Shown one piece after another: positions 55,230 to 64,000 of a stretch of DNA of 64,000 nucleotides. Within the stretch, counting starts at the first letter, position 1, and each line of letters begins with the position of its first letter. Where the stretch lies: contig NC_068986.1 of NCBI RefSeq assembly GCF_001194135.2, forward strand, positions 8,187,167-8,251,166, in the 5' to 3' direction. The notes under the pieces were generated by a model. It was not told the DNA's origin. It saw only the letters and a list, made by a program, of their open reading frames with translations, and made no database searches. Position numbers and translations under genes: made by a program. Source of the DNA: Octopus bimaculoides (Eukaryota).

Positions 55230-55850
55230 CTGAATATTGGAAATGAGTTAGCGGTATCATGAGGATTCGCGCCGGATATCAAAACGCCGACGACATCATG
55301 GCTGCTGTTCAATACTCTGTGAACACTGTAGAGGATGTGCGACATGACATGGACAGCTGCAATGGGGACCACGAAGCCGTGGCCAGCAACAAAGGACACA
55401 TCAGGTGTTTTGACAGCATCTGCGCACCACAATTCATTCAACATCTGATGAACACAAACTTAAACTCAATTCAGAGGGCAAAGTGAAGCTGATGGAAACT
55501 GTGGTGAATCACTGGCTGGAGAGAGTTGCTGCTGGAAAGCCATGTGCTATAGCAGGTTTCAGGTCTTTTCTATGGTTCCGGAAAGAGTCAAAAGTGATTG
55601 TCGAAGAAATTCTACGACTTCACCAGCGCCAATTGCTGTCCTCCTAATTCCCCTGATTGTAATACCACGGATTACCATATTCAGGGCATGGTTGAAAAAG
55701 ACACCAATCACTCTGCCCGCAACACGAAGGCCGAACTGGTGGACAAGATCCAGGAGGATCTTTTTGACACAGAAAAGAAGAATGCGTCATTTTCTGGAAC
55801 TGTCCTAAGACCGTGGTGGAAGTTGAGACTGTTTAGCTTGAGTAAGCTGT
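55230..55850 (+). mobile_element. maT/DD37D-type Tc1/mariner transposase remnant, internally deleted
   Basis: SVNTV..VRHDMDSCNGD; VVNHWLERVAAGKP; PPNSPDCNTTDY..GMVEKDTN..ARNTKAEL. Confidence 0.8.
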
Positions 55851-55896
55851 TAATTCACAGCTATAAGTTGGTTGACGACCACTACTATCCATAATT

Positions 55897-55967
<71 letters not shown>

Positions 55968-56045
55968 CATACATACACTGATAGATAGATAAATACATAC
56001 ACTGATAGATAGATAGATAGATAGATACATACATACATACATACA

Positions 56046-56074
<29 letters not shown>
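55897..56074. repeat. (GATA)n/(CATA)n compound microsatellite
   Basis: Directly visible. Confidence 0.98.
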
Positions 56075-56076
<2 letters not shown>

Positions 56077-56539
56077 GGAGAGGGAAACATTCCAAATTAT
56101 TAATTGAAATCGATAGACAGACACATCTCTTCTGCACATATGCATAAATCAAACTCACGCACACACATAATCAGACAGTGAGAGAAAGGAGAGGGAGAGA
56201 ATAAGGAAGAGAGACGTGTTAGTCGCAATCCTAACATTTCTCTCTTTCTCTTTCTCTGTTTCTACCCCCAGATTCACTGTCAGTGTATTTTGGCGATGTA
56301 TGCTTCAAGTCACATGCCCAAAACGTCACGAACTGTGAGCTGACTCGGAACATGGTGATTATCATGCAATATTTCTTAACCACATCCTCTTACTCGTGTC
56401 TTCATTGATGCATACTTTTGCGTGTGTGTTTGTGCAATTACTTGGCACATTTATATGAACACATGAATACGTGTGTTGCTGTGTCTCTATACGATGTTTG
56501 CAGGATGGCCTGAAGTGTAAGAAGGTCATTTTACAATCA

Positions 56540-56835
56540 CCAAATTCTGATTTCGAATCCACTGCCTGACATCTTGCTTAAGTGTTATTTAAAATTGGTT
56601 TTACCCAAGTTTGTGAGTGAAATTGGATATATGGAAACTATGCTGAAGCTCGTTCACGTACGTTACCTCTAATACAGTCGTCTAGCTCTGCCATACGCTG
56701 AGTCACTTTGATTCAAGTTCATGAGTAAGTAATGGGTACATGTGTTTCTGGAGCACTTAGCCAGGCTCATTCAATGAGAATGTAAGTCAGGTGATCAACA
56801 ACTATATACTCGTTGTCGAAACTGATGGAGATCCA
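56540..56835 (+). mobile_element. Old SINE with a family-B-like middle and the shared C/D-type tail
   Basis: GTTTGTGAGTGAAATTGG..GGAAACT, then GGGTACATGTGTTTCTGGAGCACTTAGCCA..CTCGTTGTCGAAACTGATGGAG. Confidence 0.45.
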
Positions 56836-57234
56836 CTTATATTTTACATTATGTTTACATTTCACATACGAAATTGATTTAAACTAATTAACTTAAATTC
56901 ATTTAAAGACGCAAAGGAGAACCTTGACGATCTTCAAATAATTTGGCAATCAATGCCGACCAATCTGATTTTCTTCGGGTTAACGAGACAATGAACGTTG
57001 CTCTCTATGAAACCGAAAAGTGAACAATGAAGTAAGATTATCAAGATGGCTTTAATGGTAAATACAGCATCCGTTTCAAGAGGGGTGAAAACATCTCACT
57101 GTGAGTGTAAAAGTAAGGGGAAAATTACTACCTTTCTTGTAGTTACTGAACGCAAAGCAGGCTTGACTGGCCACTTTTGTCCTACCGATCAACAGACCGG
57201 ACCATATGTTATATTCTAGAGGATTCTACACCCT

Positions 57235-57624
57235 TGTGGGGGGCGCAATGGCCCAGTGGTTAGGGCAGCGGACTCGCGGTCATAGGATCGCGGTTTCGAT
57301 TCCCAGACCGGGCGTTGTGAGTGTTTATTGAGCGAAAACACCTAAAGCTCCACGAGGCTCCGGCAGGGGATGGTGGCGAACCCTGCTGTACTCTTTCACC
57401 ACAACTTTCTCTCACACTTACTTCCTGTTTCTGTTGTGCCTGTAATTCAAAGGGTCAGCCATGTCACATTGTGTCACGCTGAATATCCCCAAGAACTACG
57501 TTAAGGGTACACGTGTCTGTGGAGTGCTCAGCCACTTGCACGTTAATTTCACGAGCAGGCTGTTCCGTTGATCGGATCAACTGGAACCCTTGACGTCATA
57601 AGCGACGGAGTGCCAACAAAAAGA
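57235..57624 (+). mobile_element. Near-intact tRNA-derived SINE (family C) with 9-bp TSD
   Basis: A box TGGCCCAGTGG (57249-57259), B box GGTTTCGATTCC (57292-57303), A-rich end. CTACACCCT at 57226-57234 and 57625-57633. Confidence 0.95.
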
Positions 57625-58884
57625 CTACACCCTAATTGTGGACGGAGACAATTCAACTTCATTGATATTAATGGCACAGAAAGAGAAAATAAAACTGAGG
57701 AATTACCAAAGCTAATAGAAAGATGAGATTACTGGTGCAGCGTGGTGACGCATCTAAATGGCGTTTATGTGGAATTTTAATCATCTCCGCCATTAGCTTC
57801 GCGAACCCCAGTTTTCCAAATCTGATGCCGAGACAATTACATTTCAAACACTCTTTGAAAGAAACTATAAAACTCAAGTCACATTATGAATGATGTATTT
57901 CTAGATGTGACTTTAGTTATCAACGGACATTTTCTTATTCATTTACTCTGAAATTAATACTAATGTGTCTCTAACACTTCTCTCTCTGACTCACACACGC
58001 CTGCGCGCGCACGCACGCACATTCAAATATTTCCGTTTTGATAATCTGCACATCCCACCTATATTCCTTCAGGATGTCAGTATAAATGCACCCCACATCC
58101 GTAATAGAAACTTCTTAAACTTATTACAAGTCGGCTTTCTGAGAACAAAACTGTAATTTTCATGTTGTATATAGAATATATGAAGATATTACAAGACAGG
58201 TGCCAAAATAGTTTTTCGGATATTCTTTTGAAACTTGAATTAAAAACCATAATTTGAACCATTGGCGACAAAGAACGATTCCGAGTTTTGAGCAAGTTAT
58301 CTAGCAGCTAATTTATTAGTCACTTTATATTTTTCTCAGCAGCAACATATAAATACTGTCTTGTGAACTTTGTAAGTTATGTAAGTGAGTATAGATATGT
58401 GTATATCTGAGCGCTACTTTGTTATCGTCTGTTTTATAGAGTCGCTTTGTGTAATTCATTTCTCCGAATTGGGTATCATGTTGGCTGAAGAGAGACAGCA
58501 GATCGATAACACATTTATATGCACCAAACATTCTTTTAAGCTTCGTGCATTCCTTTTATGCTCGGTGCTTGTGTAACTAAGAATATTTTGACTGTAAGTG
58601 CAGAAGCAAAGACGAGTCGAGTGATACAGAAAATTACGACTATCACGGGGATAAGCTGATGATGACGACGACGACTGATCGTTATAAACATTATCGCCTT
58701 CACCATAATCAACATCAGTTGGAAGGCAGAAAGAAAAATAATTACAGGCATCACCGCCATATTGTGATGACCGACAATAAATAAAGAAAGAAGGAATATA
58801 AAAGTATATGGAATTATTGTGAAGCCATAAAATTCGCACCGCTCAACGATGTGAGCGTGTATGTGTGTGTGTATTTGTGAGTGT

Positions 58885-58923
<39 letters not shown>

Positions 58924-59207
58924 TGTTTGTGCGTGTGTAAACTGAGCGGTGTAAGTAAATGAGTGTGTTGTAACTGTTACACTTAGCAACCGACTTCCAT
59001 GAAACGTCTGTGTTTGCTCCTGTCAGTGTTATCTATTTCTTTCACAAATCATTCACAGTCGCACATAATATTTTAGAAATTATCTATCGACGCCGCTCTG
59101 ATTAATACAGTTTCAATTTTATTTTATTTTACAAGCGTCACCAAGTAATCTTTTCAGTACACAGAGAAAAGTATCGACATAGAATTGTATGTGTGTGAGA
59201 GAGAGTG

Positions 59208-59253
<46 letters not shown>

Positions 59254-59488
59254 TGTGTGTGTGCGTGTGTGTATCAGTGCTTGCACACATATGAGGACAT
59301 ATACAACGGATGTGGATGCTGGTATGCGTGAGTTACATGGCATTACTGAGATAATCTGTATCAATAAAATTCCTCTCTTTTGAATAATATAATATGTATA
59401 TTGTGAATATATAAATGCGTGTGTTTGTTTGTGTTTGTGTGTGTACGTGTACATGAATATATCTATGCTATATATCTGTATATGCGAT

Positions 59489-59537
<49 letters not shown>

Positions 59538-59639
59538 CATGTGTGTGTGTGTATGTATGTATATGTATATATAAAAAAAACAAACTCGAGAAACCGAACT
59601 TCCTTTTTTAACCATGTTGAGTCTTGTGAAAGAAATCCA

Positions 59640-60700
59640 GAGAAGTATTCAACCTCTACTACCAACTGAAAGCGAAAAACACACTTGCTACTGCCACTGA
59701 GTAGCAACAACAATAACAACAACAATAACAACAAACATGATGTAGCTTTTTTATGCCACCAGTGAAGAATTGTGGAGAGCAAAAGGAGATGAAATCACGA
59801 AAGGCTGTTTTTGCATCTTCTTCAGATTTGAAGATTTTTTTCTTGCAAAAAGTTGTCTAATGCCTGGAAAACATGATAGTCAGTTGATGCAAGGTCTGGT
59901 GAATGTGGTGGATGACAGTAATTCCAAGTTCAGTTCCTCTGACTTGAGTAGCGTTCTTTGTGCAACATGTGGTGAAGCATTGTCTTGCAAGAGAATTGGC
60001 TTATCTCTATTGACAAATCCTGGTTGCTTAATTACAAGTTCACTCATCATTTTATCCAATCGTTTGATGTATACATCCACTATTATTGATTTACCAGATC
60101 TCATGAAGCTGTAGTGGATGATACCAGTGCTGAACCACCAAACAGACACCATTAGCGTTTCTTGTTTTTTTTTTTGGTGAATACCCTTTTTTGGATTGTA
60201 CTTTAGCGCTTCGTCTTTATCTAACTACCGTGCAATACACTTGCTATTGTTGAAAAGAATCCATTTTTCATCATAGATAACAACACTATGCAATAATGGT
60301 TCGCTTTTATTCCGTGACAGCAAAGAACAGCAAGTTTCAAGACGTGTCATTTGATGCTCATTCAGTTCATGTGGTACCCATCCTGTCCAGCTTCTTTACC
60401 CTGTTAATTTGTTTCAGGTGGTCCAATACAGTTGGAATCGAAACATCGAACCTTGTTTCTAACTCACGCGTAGTGTGAGATGTATCCCCTTCCACTACTA
60501 TTTCCAGCTCATCATTATCCACCTTGGTCTCTGGTCTACCACGGGGCTGATTTTCAAGAGTATATTCAGCAAACCGGGACTTCTCAAACCGTCAACGTAC
60601 AATGTGCTCCTTTGGCACATCTTCACCAAATACCGCATTGGCGTTTTGAGCTGTCTGGGATGCATTGGTTCCTATTCATAAAGAACACGAATTTTTTTTT
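59640..60700 (-). mobile_element. Near full-length but pseudogenised mariner (Hsmar1-like, DD34D) transposase
   Basis: ENQPRGRPETKVDNDEL; WVPHELNEHQM (via frameshift); MVSVWW..GIIHYSF; PILLQDNASPHVA; AFRDFI. Many stops and frameshifts; (AAC)n inserted near the 3' end. Confidence 0.92.
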
Positions 60701-60930
60701 TTTTTTTATCTATCTATATGTTCGCAAAAGTTGATTTACATGAGAAATCTCATGATATAATCAGATAACATGAATTGCACTTCGAAAAGTGATAATGTAA
60801 ACTATTCAATGCTGTAAAACAAAGAATTGTCAGGATAAAACATTAGAGTTAATGACTGTCAAACTTAGTGCATAAGAAAATCAGACATTTCATTCTTAAT
60901 GACCTGATATATATATATATATATATATAA

Positions 60931-60962
<32 letters not shown>

Positions 60963-61549
60963 NNNNNNNNNNNNNNNNNNNNNNNNNNNNNNNNNNNNNN
61001 NNNNNNNNNNNNNNNNNNNNNNNNNNNNNNNNNNNNNNNNNNNNNNNNNNNNNNNNNNNNNNNNNNNNNNNNNNNNNNNNNNNNNNNNNNNNNNNNNNNN
61101 NNNNNNNNNNNNNNNNNNNNNNNNNNNNNNNNNNNNNNNNNNNNNNNNNNNNNNNNNNNNNNNNNNNNNNNNNNNNNNNNNNNNNNNNNNNNNNNNNNNN
61201 NNNNNNNNNNNNNNNNNNNNNNNNNNNNNNNNNNNNNNNNNNNNNNNNNNNNNNNNNNNNNNNNNNNNNNNNNNNNNNNNNNNNNNNNNNNNNNNNNNNN
61301 NNNNNNNNNNNNNNNNNNNNNNNNNNNNNNNNNNNNNNNNNNNNNNNNNNNNNNNNNNNNNNNNNNNNNNNNNNNNNNNNNNNNNNNNNNNNNNNNNNNN
61401 NNNNNNNNNNNNNNNNNNNNNNNNNNNNNNNNNNNNNNNNNNNNNNNNNNNNNNNNNNNNNNNNNNNNNNNNNNNNNNNNNNNNNNNNNNNNNNNNNNNN
61501 NNNNNNNNNNNNNNNNNNNNNNNNNTATATATATATATATATATATATA

Positions 61550-61612
61550 ACGGGCTTCTTTCAGTTTCCGTCTACCAAAGACTTTGGTCGGTCCGAGGCT
61601 ATAGTAGAGGAT
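61550..61612 (-). mobile_element. SINE family B fragment next to a gap
   Basis: ACGGGCTTCTTTCAGTTTCCGTCTACCAAA..TTTGGTCGGTCCGAGGCTATAGTAGAGGATAC. Confidence 0.8.
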
Positions 61613-62056
61613 ACATGTGTGTGTGTGTATATGCATGCATGCATAACTTGCTAGATTTGGAGGAAAAGAGAGAGACTCCATGCTTTTTGTAGAGGCTGCC
61701 TGCCATCGACCAATGAGTTCGATACCAATGTTTTTCGTTTGAACCTTTGTAAATCAACAACTGCAGGAAAGAGAGATTTTCTGATACAACCAACATTCTC
61801 GGAAGTGAAGGCTCGGCATAGCATTTAACGCATCACTGGATGACTTATAATTTTAAAGTCTATTATGTCATTTAAAAAAAAACCAATATAATAACAATAC
61901 AATACAATATAATACCATATAATGCAATACATCCTTAATGCTTCTTATTAATATGTTCTTTGATGTGTACACTGTGTCTCGTTCGTAGATTCTTAAGTAT
62001 TTATATATATATATCTTTTTGGTCTAATTCTCTTATCTCTATTTATCAAGCATGAC

Positions 62057-62187
62057 TCTTCTTCTTCTTCTTCTTCTTCTTCTTCTTCTTCTTCTTCTTC
62101 TTCTTCTTCTTCTTCTTCTTCTTCTTCTTCTTCTTCTTCTTCTTCTTCTTCTTCTTCTTCTTCTTCTTCTTCTTCTTCTTCTTCTTC
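62057..62187. repeat. (TTC)n microsatellite
   Basis: Directly visible. Confidence 0.98.
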
Positions 62188-63944
62188 CTGTCTCACCCGC
62201 CACAAGCCACGAAACATTCTCGTCAACCCGACTTTTGTTTGTCTGCCTGAGAACAAGCTATCAGAAGCAGATACCATAAACTTAACTCCGAGCTGACTCG
62301 GTTTATGAATAGGGCTGCTCGCACTGTAAGGGTTACTCTTGCTATTTCTATTGTTATGGTCGCTGCATTTCATATCATAAGAGATGTTCCTGTTGTTTTA
62401 GTTGGCGTTGTTGATGCTGGAGATGTCTTTTCTACACTGAGGCTACCTCCTTCTTCCCCCCTCTTTATCGTATATATAGCGGATTGGTAATGAGTGTGTA
62501 CCTGTCCACATAGGTATGGAAGGTATGGTCACGACATTCAGCCTTCTCTCTGCTTTCTCATGCTATCCTCTACCCTGGGTTCCGAAATTCGCTAATTTGC
62601 CTAACGGAAAAACATATTGAAGCATTGAAGACTATATTTTATACTTTTATTATTATTTTTTTTTTTTTGCTTGCTAAACGATGAGGAAGTAAATAAATAA
62701 TATTGTATAATGTTCAACAAACAATTTAAATAATCCTGACACTAAATTTACCGACATGCGTGTTTGTTTTATAAAGCATAAAATACTGTATTTTTTCTGT
62801 ATTTTATTAATTTATGTGCTTATATATGAGTCTATAAAACATATGTATTTTATATATATTATGTGTGTGTGTGAGAGTAAGTATGCAGACACACATAGAC
62901 AGACACACAGACACAGACTCAGTCACAGACACACACACACACACACACATATATATGTTTATGTATGTACATGAATTATTTCTTTTTAAAAGTGTCAAAA
63001 TGTTTAAAGTGTCAAGATTAATATTTAACAAATGTTAACATATGTTTACGTTTCAAGTTTAGTAAAATATTACTAAAAATATATTTCGTATATTCTAAAA
63101 AAATCTGTTTTATAGATAGTAAAAAAAAATAACAGAAGAATCTAGATTTGTCTTTCATAAAATAACTCATCGCAAACTGTTTAAATTCATTACGAGAATG
63201 TACGAAGAGAATATGGTAATATATTTCGTCATCCACTTTCACATTGCTTGTCTAACAATTTAACTCACCACTAAATATTTGGTATCTTACCATTACTAAA
63301 CAGAAATTAGATTTGTGTGTTTTGTAATAGTAACGCTGATGTATTTGATATCAGCTAAGAAATATTGTGTCATACATGTTACCGGGCGACCCTTGTAACA
63401 AGTATGACACAAAGATATGTTTCTTTACTATTTTATTCTAAGAAACTAACACAAAAGTAAAAACAACTGCAGCCTACATCCTGCGTAAACAAAGTCTAAA
63501 ATAACTAGAATAATAAAATACGATCCGTCAATTCCATGTATTCTAGAATCTCTACTCACAAGCGAAAATCTGAAAACTCATAAAAAAGAGAAACCGAGAA
63601 CGTTTCCCCAAGAGCATCGACTGGACTTGTGATATGACAGATGTATACTATGCTTCTACTGACACCGCTCACCGTTATTCAATATCTTGGTATTCAATGT
63701 CTTTCATGGAACCTTAGCGCTGATCTGCCATAGAAAACTTTTCCTCGCGCTTTTCAAAAGAGATGTACTTATTTACGTTTAAATATGTATGGCGCTGTTT
63801 GTGCGTCTATTGTTGCATACATACATACAATCACACACGCATATAGACTTCTGATGCATATATACATATGTATACGTACACACACACACACACACATGTA
63901 TATATATATATATACGTATGTATGTATGTATATATGCATATATC

Positions 63945-64000
<56 letters not shown>

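Noticed and set aside
57241-57310. tRNA gene
   Set aside because: The A/B boxes continue into a repeated SINE body with TSDs, and there is no complete cloverleaf or Pol III terminator.

Overview
AT-rich, repeat-dense eukaryotic DNA from a draft assembly with ten N-gaps. The SINE repertoire and very high microsatellite density point to a cephalopod, most likely Octopus (inference). I found no intact, nameable protein-coding gene, tRNA, rRNA or CRISPR array, and most ORFs in the track are microsatellite or gap artefacts. The window is largely decayed mobile DNA: R4/Dong-type RLE retroposons in (AAT)n tracts, RTE and L1/Tx1 LINE fragments, Penelope-like (GIY-YIG) fragments, mariner, Tc1, maT and hAT transposase remnants, and several tRNA-derived SINE families, three copies of which have target-site duplications. 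Four things stand out. (1) A series of + strand exon-like segments at about 2.1-8.7 kb with splice signals suggests a decayed multi-exon gene, with one exon split by a Dong-type insertion. (2) Two separate inverted pairs (6.0-6.4 kb and 28.7-29.9 kb) each carry hammerhead-ribozyme-like cores, and the second is clearly a Penelope-like element. (3) SINEs with different heads share one 3' tail. (4) A CpG-richer, promoter-like segment lies in the first 1 kb. All family assignments come from manual translation and motif recognition, not database searches.
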